Of a stretch of 64,000 nt of DNA, positions 51,422-61,368 are shown one piece after another. The DNA is taken from IMG/VR virus record IMGVR_UViG_3300043427_000994; one strand, written 5' to 3'. The notes below the pieces were generated by a model that saw nothing but the letters and a program-made list of their open reading frames with translations, did not search any database and was not told the DNA's origin. Source of the stretch: a virus. Taxonomy: Duplodnaviria > Caudoviricetes. Made by a program: the position numbers and the translations under genes. Within the stretch, counting starts at the first letter, position 1; each line of letters opens with the position of its first letter.

Positions 51422-51452
51422 ATGAATATTATATTAGAAACTAATTTTATTG

Positions 51453-53657
51453 TCAACGATATTGAAAGCCAATATTTTGGAAAGTTAAAGGTCCAACTAC
51501 ACGACCTGTTTCGTCTTGATAAAATGGATTGTATAACATTCTATTGTTACTGCCTTGAATTGATCTACTGTTAGTATAATCATTAGTTAGAGTAGTGTCG
51601 TATATTGCCGCCTTGCTGGCTTTGAACATCTTTTCTCTAAGTTGTGCTGGAGTTAATTTTGGTTCTAATTGTAAAAACAATGCTCCAACTCCGCATACCT
51701 GCGGGCTGGCCATGCTAGTACCGCTGATGTTTACCTGTTTAAAAGGATTGCTGGCCACAGCGGCAAAGGCGTAGAAAGTAAAAGGGACGCCATAATTATA
51801 AACTGTATCATCGGCTGATCCAGAAAAGATAGTAGTCATTCCTGTTGCGCCCTTGACTGTGGTAGTAACCCCGTTTACTAATGTGTATACACCTCCTACT
51901 AGACTTACACTGGAATTATCGTTAAATGTCCAAGTTAATCCATCTGTAGAAGTAAACACACAACTTCTTGGAGTTGCTCCTGCTCCTTGTAAAGAAGTTG
52001 GGGTTCCAAATGCTGTAGAAAATGCTCCACCAGTAACGTCAGATCCTGATTCATTTCTTAATGCCCAATCAGAACCTACAGTGTTATTGTCGTGTCTTTC
52101 AACAACTAATTCAATCCAGTTGTTGTCATAAAATGTAACTTCCCAACGTAGTACAGTGGTATTAAGAGAATAGTTACTCCAACCGTCAAATCTAATACGA
52201 TATGACTTACCACTGTTTTCAGTGGCACCATAAAGACCAATAACTCTAGAGTCTCTAGCGCCAATAGTAAGACTGGCTCCTAGGCCACTAAAGCCCGATA
52301 GAATGTTTGTTAATGAATTAAACGTTATGTAACTGTTTGAACCAACAACTCGAGATGACGTACCATCACCTAAGTTATTTCTTCCTCCAGTCTCGGGTGG
52401 AGTATAAAATGCGTATGACGGACCACCGTAGGCGTTGGTATTACTACAGGCACTCATAACATTAGATCCTGGCGCCCAAATATTAACACCTGGGCCGCAC
52501 TCGCTAAATGTAGATTTTTGATCTAACGCTGAATTAAAAACAGTTGAATCGATGCTGCCAACAATAAATGCTTCGTCGTCGTGTGGACTACTGCCTCGGT
52601 GATAGTAGTTAGGATTTTGTCCGTTGAATCTTCCGCCAATATAGTAATTATTGTAATCAACACCACCTACTACATCAATCTTACAAGAATAGTTTCCAGC
52701 GGCAATACAGACATGTATACCAGCATCAATCATTTCTTGAATGCTGACATCAATTGACGAATATCTAGCCCCGTGACGATTAAAACTGTTACCTATCATT
52801 CCATAGGCAGTTTGTTTAGTTGTTCCAGTCCAAGGTGTTCCACGATAGTTGCCACCGTTAATATTTTCAAAGATATCTCCATATCCCCAACTCATATTAA
52901 CAATAGTCGGACGCTTAACACCAGTATTGGGATCTATAGGTTTATTATTGTGCCAGCCTATGATAACATCAAAGCAATCTGGGCTGTTAAGTCCACCACC
53001 TTCGCCACCGTCGAGTCCTGCAACCTTAACAGAAAAAATTCTAGAATTTTTGGCCCAGCCGTAGGTCTTGCCGGCAGCAATGCCAGCAACGTGTGTTCCG
53101 TGACCGTCCGTGTCTCGATAGTGTGTTGCTGAATTAAATGTTCCTGGTACCCCACTAACTGCGTACCAATCGTGTGCTATTACTCTACTGTTGCCGTTGG
53201 CATCTTGAAATTCTGGATGATCAATTTGTAGTCCACTGTCTTGTATTACAACATCTACTCCAGTGCCATCAAGGCTGTATGTGTAGTCTCCAACTACGGC
53301 TGAACTAGTTCCATATACATTGTTTGGATCTATACATCGCCTCAGGCCCCAGTTAATAAATGATCCACTATCGGATGTAGTTTTTGTAAAGTCACCAACC
53401 AACCGACCATGCTTAAATGGTTTAAATGGATTAGGCAACTCGACACTATAAATTCTTGGATCTTTTCTAAGAATGTCTGCTTCAACATCTGTGAGAGCAT
53501 AATGACATTGTCTAAGACTGACTACACGTTCGTTGATTATATCAATTCTTCTATCCGGTACAAATGTTAAACCATTTGTTGGATTTTCCATTTCATTCCA
53601 AAATTGATCGTAGTCTACATTTCTGTTAAGACAAACAATATATTCTTTAGTTTCCAT
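51453..53657 (-). CDS. S8 subtilisin-like serine protease with a large internal insertion
   Basis: VVIQDSG (Asp), DGHGTHVAG (His), AAGN (Asn), SGTSMASP (Ser); N-terminal prodomain. Confidence 0.9.
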   Translation of the reverse strand: METKEYIVCLNRNVDYDQFWNEMENPTNGLTFVPDRRIDIINERVVSLRQCHYALTDVEADILRKDPRIYSVELPNPFKPFKHGRLVGDFTKTTSDSGSFINWGLRRCIDPNNVYGTSSAVVGDYTYSLDGTGVDVVIQDSGLQIDHPEFQDANGNSRVIAHDWYAVSGVPGTFNSATHYRDTDGHGTHVAGIAAGKTYGWAKNSRIFSVKVAGLDGGEGGGLNSPDCFDVIIGWHNNKPIDPNTGVKRPTIVNMSWGYGDIFENINGGNYRGTPWTGTTKQTAYGMIGNSFNRHGARYSSIDVSIQEMIDAGIHVCIAAGNYSCKIDVVGGVDYNNYYIGGRFNGQNPNYYHRGSSPHDDEAFIVGSIDSTVFNSALDQKSTFSECGPGVNIWAPGSNVMSACSNTNAYGGPSYAFYTPPETGGRNNLGDGTSSRVVGSNSYITFNSLTNILSGFSGLGASLTIGARDSRVIGLYGATENSGKSYRIRFDGWSNYSLNTTVLRWEVTFYDNNWIELVVERHDNNTVGSDWALRNESGSDVTGGAFSTAFGTPTSLQGAGATPRSCVFTSTDGLTWTFNDNSSVSLVGGVYTLVNGVTTTVKGATGMTTIFSGSADDTVYNYGVPFTFYAFAAVASNPFKQVNISGTSMASPQVCGVGALFLQLEPKLTPAQLREKMFKASKAAIYDTTLTNDYTNSRSIQGSNNRMLYNPFYQDETGRVVGPLTFQNIGFQYR

Positions 53658-53666
53658 TAATAAACC

Positions 53667-56240
53667 TTAGTGTAAATCTACCCAAACCCCATTGGCACAA
53701 CCTTGGAATTTGTTTGTTGTAGTATTATATATTAAATCACCATTAACAGCAGTTAGCGTATCTCTAGTTGCTGAGGACATTGATGCTAGACGCAAAGGCG
53801 TATCAGCAATAATAACAGCGTTGGCAGCATCTAATGTGATATTTGTTGAACTGGTTAGTGTAGGTGAACCAGCCGCAGTTGATGTAAAGGATGCTGAAGT
53901 AACACTGGCAAAGGTAACACTGTCAGTGGTATTTAAACTTTGATCATAAGAGCCACCTCCTCCTAATACTGTTGCCCAACTTAGATTACCAGCACCATCT
54001 GTGGTTAAAAATTTTCCACTGTTGCCTGTCTGACTTGGTAATGTGTCACCAACGTCGGCTCCGGCAATAGTTAGTGTATCTGAACCAGCGTTAGTAGTTA
54101 AGGTAATATTATTTCCTGCTACTACAGTTAATGTATTTGTAGAAGAATCGGCAACTAGACTACTTTGACCTGATACTGCTATGGTACTAAATGAATTACT
54201 GTTACCTATAGGTCCCTGTGGTCCAGTAGCGCCTGTAGCGCCTGTAGCACCTGTGGGACCTTGTGGACCAACAAGAGTAGTTCCAGTTGGCCAACTACCA
54301 CCAGATTTAGGACCAAATATAAAATTAGTAGCAGTATTAATATAAAAGTCACCGTCAACACCTATCAACGAAGAAGGATTAGTTGAACCATATCTTACGG
54401 TTTTCCCATCAACACCCGCAGGGCCAGTTGGTCCTGTAGGTCCGGTTGGCCCGGTTGGCCCTGTAGGTCCCGCTGGCCCTGTAGGTCCCGCTGGCCCAGT
54501 CGGTCCGGGTTCTCCCTGAACACCTTGAGTTCCCTGTGGTCCTGTAGGTCCTGCTGGTCCAGTTGAACCGTTTGAACCCGCCGGTCCTTGTGATCCTTGT
54601 GGTCCTTGTGGTCCAGTTGGTCCTGTAGGCCCAATTGGTCCTCTAATTGGTCCAGCATTATTCCAACTGTCTCCGTCCCAAACGTATCCGTCTCCTGTGC
54701 TAGTTACTAGATACATGTCACCAGGAGTATTTCCTGTACTAGGTAGGTCAACTACATTGGTTACGCCACCTTGTAACTGTATACTTGTTCCCTGTGGTCC
54801 TTGTGGTCCAATTTCACCTTGAATTCCCTGTGGTCCAGTTGGTCCGGCAACACCTTGAATTCCCTGTGGTCCTGTAGGCCCCTCTGGTCCCTGATCGCCT
54901 TGATCACCTTTTGGTCCTGTAGGTCCCGTAGGTCCAGTTGGTCCTGTAGGTCCCTGTGGTCCTTCTGGTCCAGTTGGTCCAGTTGGTCCCTGTGCGCCTG
55001 TTGGGCCAATATCCCCCCTTGGTCCAGAATTACCTGCTGGTCCTGTAGCACCAATTGGTCCTTGTGGTCCCGGAGGGCCTTGACCTACATCTGTATCTGG
55101 ATCTGTTTGTTCTTCCAGAACAGGAATTACATTGATTACCTGCCCAAGTTCAATGTTAAGTTTAATTCCAAACACTATGTAAGCAGGATTATTGGGATCA
55201 ACTGATGATAGAATTAAATCAGTTTCGGCCCCAGGAACAATATAAAATAAGTTATCATCAGCAGAGAATGTACCTGCTGCAAAAGCATCTGGTTGAAGGA
55301 ATGTCGTAACAGTTACTTGTTTTATTCCCTGTAGTTCAACAACATTATAGGTCACCGACACAGTGTTATTGTCATCTGGGTGTGTATATGTTGCTGTGTA
55401 ATTACCTGTAGCAATAGAAGTGACGCTACCTGAAACAGTGAATATGTCGTTAATTACCACAGGCTCTAAAGATGGATCTGCGCTTTCAACAAATAGATTA
55501 TCAGCAGTAGTGTAACCGCTTCCGGGAGTATTAATAGATATTCCAATTAGTTCATCAACGCCATTGAATATAGGAGTATAAGTAGCGGGCAATGTTCCTG
55601 TAGGAGCAGTCTCGCCAATGGTTACCCCTTGTGTAAATGGACCAGATGGTGGATCAATTTCAATTGAGGTAGGATTTATTTCATCTACATTAAGAGTTCC
55701 AGATTCGCCATCGCCTGGAGTATAAAATATTGGTAGCGTAAATGTAGTACCGCTGATGTTGGCATCTGCTACACTGATAGTATAAGTTTCTGGAGTTACT
55801 TGACCGTTAATAACAACAGTAATAACTAATTGACTGCCAGCATCCGGACTGTCATATAATTCAACAGAAACTGGAAGATCTGTCCCCCAGTTGCTAAACC
55901 ATATAGATCTTTGTAGTCCTCCTACAACATTATATCGAGCACCTGCTATTTTTAAAGGACCGCCGAAGATTATTTCTCCGTCCTCGTTGGCTTTGATTTC
56001 AACACCGTCAATATCAATAGTTCCGGGCCCTACAAACAGTGTATGCCAGCGTTTGGTTGCGCTACCTAAATTGTAAGTGTTATTTGTATCGGGTAAAATA
56101 TTTTGATTTACTGATGATAGATCAACGTTCTCTACACTAATATAGAGCTCGCCTAACATTGTATCTATTTTCTTTAAAGAAGCAGAAAGTGCTTCTTTAC
56201 TTAGGACCTCGTTGCCTAATTTTAACGGATCGTATGCCAT
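53667..56240 (-). CDS. collagen-like fibre protein
   Basis: Long Gly-X-Y runs (GPT/GPQ/GAT), about 54200-55080. Confidence 0.9.
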   Translation of the reverse strand: MAYDPLKLGNEVLSKEALSASLKKIDTMLGELYISVENVDLSSVNQNILPDTNNTYNLGSATKRWHTLFVGPGTIDIDGVEIKANEDGEIIFGGPLKIAGARYNVVGGLQRSIWFSNWGTDLPVSVELYDSPDAGSQLVITVVINGQVTPETYTISVADANISGTTFTLPIFYTPGDGESGTLNVDEINPTSIEIDPPSGPFTQGVTIGETAPTGTLPATYTPIFNGVDELIGISINTPGSGYTTADNLFVESADPSLEPVVINDIFTVSGSVTSIATGNYTATYTHPDDNNTVSVTYNVVELQGIKQVTVTTFLQPDAFAAGTFSADDNLFYIVPGAETDLILSSVDPNNPAYIVFGIKLNIELGQVINVIPVLEEQTDPDTDVGQGPPGPQGPIGATGPAGNSGPRGDIGPTGAQGPTGPTGPEGPQGPTGPTGPTGPTGPKGDQGDQGPEGPTGPQGIQGVAGPTGPQGIQGEIGPQGPQGTSIQLQGGVTNVVDLPSTGNTPGDMYLVTSTGDGYVWDGDSWNNAGPIRGPIGPTGPTGPQGPQGSQGPAGSNGSTGPAGPTGPQGTQGVQGEPGPTGPAGPTGPAGPTGPTGPTGPTGPTGPAGVDGKTVRYGSTNPSSLIGVDGDFYINTATNFIFGPKSGGSWPTGTTLVGPQGPTGATGATGATGPQGPIGNSNSFSTIAVSGQSSLVADSSTNTLTVVAGNNITLTTNAGSDTLTIAGADVGDTLPSQTGNSGKFLTTDGAGNLSWATVLGGGGSYDQSLNTTDSVTFASVTSASFTSTAAGSPTLTSSTNITLDAANAVIIADTPLRLASMSSATRDTLTAVNGDLIYNTTTNKFQGCANGVWVDLH

Positions 56241-56295
56241 GGAAATTCCTCGCTTATCACATATTTAGCGAGTTTTTCATACAGATGCTATAGTC

Positions 56296-56321
56296 AAAAA
56301 AATAGCACCCAGAGGGTGCTA
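56296..56321 (-). terminator. intrinsic terminator
   Basis: Minus strand reads TAGCACCC-TCT-GGGTGCTA-TTTTTTT. Confidence 0.85.
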
Positions 56322-56334
56322 TAAAGTCTGTAGT

Positions 56335-56919
56335 TTATTCGTTATCCCATGGCACAGGAATCCACCCCAAATTGAATAGATCTTGCTCTATTTCTTCAGT
56401 GATAACACCTTCAGGAACATAACCTGTACGCTTAGACCATTCTTCGTTGGTTTCTTTAGCATCAAACTCCTGATTAAGCCCGCCCATGCCAGAACAGTAC
56501 CAATCGATGTAGTCACCTTCACGGCGCATATCTGCGATAATACCTCCAGCATGACGCCAACTAGCACTCCATAAATCTTTGTTTGGATCTTGGCGCAGGT
56601 AAGGAAATGTTTCTTTACGTACAAATCGCATATTACACATGGCTGCATACAAGTTTTGTGCATAGGATTCGCTGGCCCGAGCTTTTGCTAGGATCCAATC
56701 AGTTGAGCGTAAATCGTACTCTAGATTATTCTTTTGCCATTCTGGATCAACTATATTTTCTTCATCTTGTTGTTGGGCTGATTTGTAAAGATTTAGATAA
56801 TCTTCTCTAGGTTCTTCGCCCTTTTCCTTACATCGTTCAACATACGCCTCTGCTTGGAAGGTATGCCGTTCTGAACTTTTAGACACAGTCTCCGTCTTTG
56901 TAGATTGGTTGTTGCTCAT
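56335..56919 (-). CDS. conserved jumbo-phage hypothetical protein
   Basis: YAQNLYAAMCN...SWRHAGGIIAD...DYIDWYCSG. Confidence 0.75.
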   Translation of the reverse strand: MSNNQSTKTETVSKSSERHTFQAEAYVERCKEKGEEPREDYLNLYKSAQQQDEENIVDPEWQKNNLEYDLRSTDWILAKARASESYAQNLYAAMCNMRFVRKETFPYLRQDPNKDLWSASWRHAGGIIADMRREGDYIDWYCSGMGGLNQEFDAKETNEEWSKRTGYVPEGVITEEIEQDLFNLGWIPVPWDNE

Positions 56920-57337
56920 GTTTTTGTATCTTTCTAAAATCTTTTACATCTTTAACAGCAGATTTAAGAGTTTCTGCGTAGTTAAGAGCCTGTTGTTCAG
57001 TCATAGATATAATGGATTCTGTTTTGACATAACCTTTAGTCCATACAGTCCAAGTAAGTTTTAATCTTGTAATTAAACCATTCCAAATATCTTTTAAGGC
57101 CCAGTCTAGTTCTTGTAGATAGGGATTATCAATATCATAACGCTTCTTGATAGATTCTGACCAATAGTCAGTTTTAACAGTGACAAAAGTGTTTACATTT
57201 ACACCGGTTTCAGCCGCTTCAACTTCAAAGTCAATGCTGTGGTCATCTTGTCCGCAACCACAGACAACCTTATAAAACTTTGAATCACCAAAGTCGCTGG
57301 TCTTCATAATTCCTTCTGCTGGGGTTTCTGCTTTCAT
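56879..57337 (-). CDS. hypothetical protein
   Basis: 152 aa; VCGCGQDDH putative metal site. Confidence 0.7.
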   Translation of the reverse strand: MKAETPAEGIMKTSDFGDSKFYKVVCGCGQDDHSIDFEVEAAETGVNVNTFVTVKTDYWSESIKKRYDIDNPYLQELDWALKDIWNGLITRLKLTWTVWTKGYVKTESIISMTEQQALNYAETLKSAVKDVKDFRKIQKHEQQPIYKDGDCV

Positions 57338-57540
57338 TGTATAACGGGTCCTTGAATAATTTTTACCTGTTCTCTTGCGTCACTGATGCTATCTACCATT
57401 TTTTGATATTCTTCTTCTGATAACATAGTTTTATAAATGCTTAGTCCCTGTGCTATCATGATAGCGGCAATTTCTAATGGCCGATGTGATTCTAACATTT
57501 CATTATTAAACAAAACATATTTTTCGTATAGATCTTCCAT
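57334..57540 (-). CDS. hypothetical protein
   Basis: 68-aa coupled ORF. Confidence 0.65.
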   Translation of the reverse strand: MEDLYEKYVLFNNEMLESHRPLEIAAIMIAQGLSIYKTMLSEEEYQKMVDSISDAREQVKIIQGPVIQ

Positions 57541-58070
57541 TATCTTCTTCCAGTAAATCCTATTTTACGGAAGCAGTTGCGTACACCAATTGCTTGACGT
57601 TTGGCATCTTCTAACGCATTGTGTTTAGAATCCTGAGGCATATCGGGGTCAGCCAATTCAAACAATGTACGTGTATCACGCATTTCCCAGAAGTTCCAAG
57701 GATACGCACGACCTAATTTATCGTAGATGTTTTGTAGAATCATTAAGTCAAATGTAGCACCGTGACTCCAAAAATGACTACAACCCCATGCCAGTGCGTG
57801 AAATTGATTAATAACTTCGTGAATCGGAACACGGTCTCTAGGATCAAACGCTTCTTCCATTATGTTGGTATCTTGCTGATTCCACCATTTAAGGGTGTCA
57901 TCACTAACAGTACAACCTAGAGCATCTTGACTGTCAATCTCTACACGCAAATACAATTCTTTCATAGGTGCGTTGGTAAAGGGATCAAACCTTACTGCGC
58001 CCAACGTAAGAATAGTTGCTGAAGTTTTTGTATCTAATGTTTCTAAGTCTACCATTAAGTGTTGCGCCAT
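57540..58070 (-). CDS. DEDDh 3'-5' exoribonuclease/exonuclease
   Basis: MVDLETL, WSHGATFDL, RDTRTL, HNALEDA. Confidence 0.88.
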   Translation of the reverse strand: MAQHLMVDLETLDTKTSATILTLGAVRFDPFTNAPMKELYLRVEIDSQDALGCTVSDDTLKWWNQQDTNIMEEAFDPRDRVPIHEVINQFHALAWGCSHFWSHGATFDLMILQNIYDKLGRAYPWNFWEMRDTRTLFELADPDMPQDSKHNALEDAKRQAIGVRNCFRKIGFTGRR

Positions 58071-58423
58071 TATAATCCAATCATAATTAAAATCAATAAA
58101 ATGTATGTAAGGTTATGTGCCAGTTGATCTAAGCCAAAGTGTTTCCAATATTTTTTATCAGTTGAGTCTTTCTCACCATAACGCATTTTAACATAATCGA
58201 TATGATAATGCAAGAAAAAATCTACCAAACCTAAAAATAATGCTTGATTTGGTTCTAACCAAATCCAAAATATCAAAGCAGTTAAGGCGCCATGCCAGGC
58301 GCTGTGTTCTAAACCTTTTAAATGTCCGTATGTTCCTTTATTTTGTACGTGCTCAATAGTTTGATGTACAAAGTCTACATAAAAATGTTTAATCAGCAAT
58401 AGAGATAAAATTATTAATTCCAT
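58070..58423 (-). CDS. DUF3307-like membrane protein
   Basis: KHFYVDF..Q...KG...H...H; HYHIDYVK; GLDQLAH. Confidence 0.8.
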   Translation of the reverse strand: MELIILSLLLIKHFYVDFVHQTIEHVQNKGTYGHLKGLEHSAWHGALTALIFWIWLEPNQALFLGLVDFFLHYHIDYVKMRYGEKDSTDKKYWKHFGLDQLAHNLTYILLILIMIGL

Positions 58424-58469
58424 GTTAATCCCAGCAATTAATTCCTCCGCTAATTGCTACAATATTCAT

Positions 58470-58607
58470 TTACTTGCCTTGACCTCTATATTTTTTATAT
58501 CCACGTCTTTTTACCTTGTTCATAGTAGAGGTTTTTAGTTTACCATGTCCTATGCTGGTTCTTTTGTGTACTGATGTGTGACTTGAAAGTACTGCGCCCT
58601 TTGCCAT
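58470..58607 (-). CDS. 45-aa highly basic protein, below the track cutoff
   Basis: MAKGAVL...KRRGYKKYRGQGK; SD AGGAG and TAAATA at 58627. Confidence 0.75.
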   Translation of the reverse strand: MAKGAVLSSHTSVHKRTSIGHGKLKTSTMNKVKRRGYKKYRGQGK

Positions 58608-58635
58608 ATATTATCTCCTAAATGATTATTTACGA

Positions 58636-59046
58636 TTAAACTTCTAATGCTCTTCTAAAAATTAATTCTTGTTTACTGAATGCTTCAATTTCCCAAGGTT
58701 GATTGAGATATTTTGTTTTACGGGTGTAACGCTGGCCTTGCCAATAGTTTACACCTTTAACTGTTTTAAGAATCCCTTTGGCCAGTTGTTTGACATGAAC
58801 CATTTCATGTGCTAAAGTTACTCCCATTCTTTCAAATGGTTGAGGTTTAATTATAACAACTAAACCACCAATGGGTTTAATATAAGCAGTTTGGCCGTCA
58901 TTGCCACCTTCAATATCAGACTTGCTTACTTTAATAAACAATGTTTTACGACTGTTGTTGAGACCTAATTGTGAAATCATAGAAGGCAAAATTCCTTCTA
59001 TGAATTGTTCAGTCCTTTTACTGCGAGCTTTAATGAAGTATTCCAT
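58636..59046 (-). CDS. HExxH metallopeptidase-like protein
   Basis: TLAHEMVHVKQ...Y..QPWEIEA. Confidence 0.8.
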   Translation of the reverse strand: MEYFIKARSKRTEQFIEGILPSMISQLGLNNSRKTLFIKVSKSDIEGGNDGQTAYIKPIGGLVVIIKPQPFERMGVTLAHEMVHVKQLAKGILKTVKGVNYWQGQRYTRKTKYLNQPWEIEAFSKQELIFRRALEV

Positions 59047-59072
59047 ATTTGATTTTTATTTGGTAGTAATAT

Positions 59073-59101
59073 ATTTTACAGTCAAACAACTGTTATGTCA
59101 A
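59073..59101 (-). promoter_or_regulatory. sigma70-type promoter
   Basis: TTGACA (59096-59101) N17 TAAAAT (59073-59078). Confidence 0.75.
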
Positions 59102-59121
59102 TGAAATTTTACAGAATAATT

Positions 59122-59586
59122 TCAGATAGCATGCCAAATTTCTTTAAAACCTTCTTCTTCAGTGGGCATTTGAAAATTTTCAATCATATCTAAAATTACA
59201 TTTGGTGGTATTTCTTTACCTGGTCGATTGGCTAATCTTCTTGTTAGTTCTCCATGATCTGGAGTACCAAATACTATAGCAATATGTTCATAGTCCGGTA
59301 ACATATTAAATTTACGAGCACGACTTTTAACAGTAGTGCTAGTTTGATCCCAAATAATATCTTGTTTAGAATCTCTTGCTAGTTTAACATGTTCGGCCAT
59401 AATGTTGACTGCTTTGGGCATGTATTCTTCAAATATTTCAGAATATGTTTTTCCTTGGCGTTTTGCTTCAAGGTCAACCCAAGCATCGGTGCTAATGTAA
59501 GCACAATCATTAGTCCATAATTGGTTAGCGACCCAGGTAGATTTTCCACTACCTGGGACTCCTACTAATTGATAACACCTTGGCAT
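59122..59586 (-). CDS. P-loop kinase (polynucleotide kinase-like)
   Basis: GVPGSGKST, ISTD, IIWDQT, R...R lid. Confidence 0.8.
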   Translation of the reverse strand: MPRCYQLVGVPGSGKSTWVANQLWTNDCAYISTDAWVDLEAKRQGKTYSEIFEEYMPKAVNIMAEHVKLARDSKQDIIWDQTSTTVKSRARKFNMLPDYEHIAIVFGTPDHGELTRRLANRPGKEIPPNVILDMIENFQMPTEEEGFKEIWHAI

Positions 59587-59587
59587 A

Positions 59588-60193
59588 TCACATCACCGGT
59601 CCATTTCCGTTGCGAAAACCCACTTCACCGCCTTCGGCTTCGATACGCTTGATAACGTCTTCGAACAAGATAGGAGCAAAGTCAGGTGTTTGCTCTACGC
59701 ATACGCAATGATATCTAGGATCGATCTCATCGCTGTATAATATAGCGCCTGTCCTAGCATCAACACCTCGAGCCTTCTTAACTCTGTTAGAGTGTAAGTG
59801 ACCGTGTATATTACAACCAAACCTACCAAGACTTGCTTCGTGGACAGGAATATGACTTAAAATAAGTCCATTCATCACGTGGTAGGCACGTAATTCTCTA
59901 AAGTACATCCTGTACTCGTCATCGCGGAAGATGTCGTGGTTACCACGGATTAAGACCTTGTCACCGTTTAAGCGAGCTAATGTAGACATAGCCTTGCGGT
60001 TAATAACTACATCACCTAAATGGTAAACTTTGTCTGTGGGCTTGACTCTTTCGTTCCAAGCCTTGATCATTGCTTCGTCCATTTCCGCAGGATCATCCCA
60101 AGGACGTAACTTTGTTACACCATCATCTCGAGTGAAACGGCACACGCCTGCGTGGCCGAAGTGCGTATCACTCACTAAAAATACGCTAGGCAT
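59588..60193 (-). CDS. calcineurin-like metallophosphoesterase
   Basis: SDTHFGH, HLGD, GNHD, SHIP, HGHLH. Confidence 0.9.
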   Translation of the reverse strand: MPSVFLVSDTHFGHAGVCRFTRDDGVTKLRPWDDPAEMDEAMIKAWNERVKPTDKVYHLGDVVINRKAMSTLARLNGDKVLIRGNHDIFRDDEYRMYFRELRAYHVMNGLILSHIPVHEASLGRFGCNIHGHLHSNRVKKARGVDARTGAILYSDEIDPRYHCVCVEQTPDFAPILFEDVIKRIEAEGGEVGFRNGNGPVM

Positions 60194-60208
60194 AGTGCCC
60201 TCCTTTCT

Positions 60209-60523
60209 TTAAGCAATTAACCAATCTAAATCTTCTTTAACTTCAATACTTTCGCTACCATCGTATTCGTGAATACGAAATAGTGTACCTTCAGAAATCC
60301 ATTTAACAGTTAGGTCATCTAAACCCCCTGTGTAGATTTCAGGATATTTCATGGCTATGTAAGTTTCCAATTTAGCCATATCCTTTTTTTCAACACAATC
60401 TACAATCATAGGATCAAAAACAATTTCTGGATGTTCTTGATTCCAACTGTACCAACCTGCTCCAAAACCTGGAGAAAACAATATAGCAACTTTACCATCA
60501 CGAATGACTTTTTCCATTACCAC
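60209..60523 (-). CDS. hypothetical protein
   Basis: SPGFGAGWYSWN and FRIHEYDGSE blocks. Confidence 0.7.
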   Translation of the reverse strand: MVMEKVIRDGKVAILFSPGFGAGWYSWNQEHPEIVFDPMIVDCVEKKDMAKLETYIAMKYPEIYTGGLDDLTVKWISEGTLFRIHEYDGSESIEVKEDLDWLIA

Positions 60524-60708
60524 TCCTCCACACCAGAGATTTCAATATCAAAAGTTCCGCAATATCCATTTACTTCTTTCATAAATCTAATTGTAGTGAT
60601 TGAACCAATACCACTAGAATTTTCTTGAAGTAATTCAAAATTTGCTACTTCGGGAAACTTTGCTAGAACATCCTGAATTTTTTCAAGGTCTTTTCTATTC
60701 AAATACAT
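60517..60708 (-). CDS. hypothetical protein
   Basis: 63 aa; SSGIGS...DISGVEEW. Confidence 0.65.
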   Translation of the reverse strand: MYLNRKDLEKIQDVLAKFPEVANFELLQENSSGIGSITTIRFMKEVNGYCGTFDIEISGVEEW

Positions 60709-61271
60709 TAAATATCCCTTTCCTGTTTTTTGCGGTTGCGACGTTCTGCCGCAAGTGTAAAAACTTTTTCTTTATTGTTAGTCCAATCTACTGCCTTAGG
60801 CGGAACTACGATTCCTGACGGTAGCGTTACACCATTGATAGTGTGAGGCTCGTTTTCATCGTAGGTCCAACCTAAGACTTTCATCATCTTGTGTTTGACC
60901 ATTAAGTTAGGAGAGCGATATGCTTCAGTATCACGGAAGCCCATCATCACACCAACTTCACAAACAGCACCACTGCGGCATACTCCTGCTACACAGTGTA
61001 CAACAACATCCATCCTTTTGTCAAGGGCATGTTGTAAAAGAGCCACAAGTTTTTCTGCTTGTTGGTCTGTAATTTTAAATTCTTCACCCCAAGGATCATC
61101 TTTTTCTAGATCTAGAAATTCAAATTGGTGAACTTCTTTGAATTGTTGTTTTGGTATAGGAAATTCCATAGCAGGATCTACAATTTGGATCAACATAGAA
61201 TTTTCTTTCACAGCAACGTGATGTCCTTTTGGAATGTCTGCTAGTGATACATTTTGTATCCACGGATTCAT
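60708..61271 (-). CDS. protein-tyrosine / dual-specificity phosphatase-like protein
   Basis: VVVHCVAGVCRS = HCxxGxxRS; start corrected to 61271 because the track start lies inside tRNA-Arg. Confidence 0.82.
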   Translation of the reverse strand: MNPWIQNVSLADIPKGHHVAVKENSMLIQIVDPAMEFPIPKQQFKEVHQFEFLDLEKDDPWGEEFKITDQQAEKLVALLQHALDKRMDVVVHCVAGVCRSGAVCEVGVMMGFRDTEAYRSPNLMVKHKMMKVLGWTYDENEPHTINGVTLPSGIVVPPKAVDWTNNKEKVFTLAAERRNRKKQERDI

Positions 61272-61286
61272 AATTATTTCCTTAGT

Positions 61287-61361
61287 TGGTCCCACCGCCC
61301 AGAATCAAACTGAGATCTAAACCTTAGGAGTGTCTTGTTCTATTCATTGAACTACGGTGAG
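61287..61361 (-). tRNA. tRNA-Arg(CCU), slightly degenerate
   Basis: Acceptor CTCACCG/CGGTGGG, D-stem GTTC/GAAC, loop CT-CCT-AA, T-stem CTCAG/CTGGG, encoded CCA. T-loop is TTTGATT and there is an A31-G39 mismatch. Confidence 0.8.
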
Positions 61362-61368
61362 AAAAAAT

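Noticed and set aside
54200-55080. Periodic GGTCC-rich repeats as a CRISPR array
   Set aside because: In-frame collagen Gly-X-Y codons; no constant repeat with unique spacers and no cas genes.
61272-61368. Theta/HDV-like ribozymes after the tRNAs
   Set aside because: The 3' trailers are short AT-rich spacers or plain hairpins with no nested double pseudoknot recognisable.
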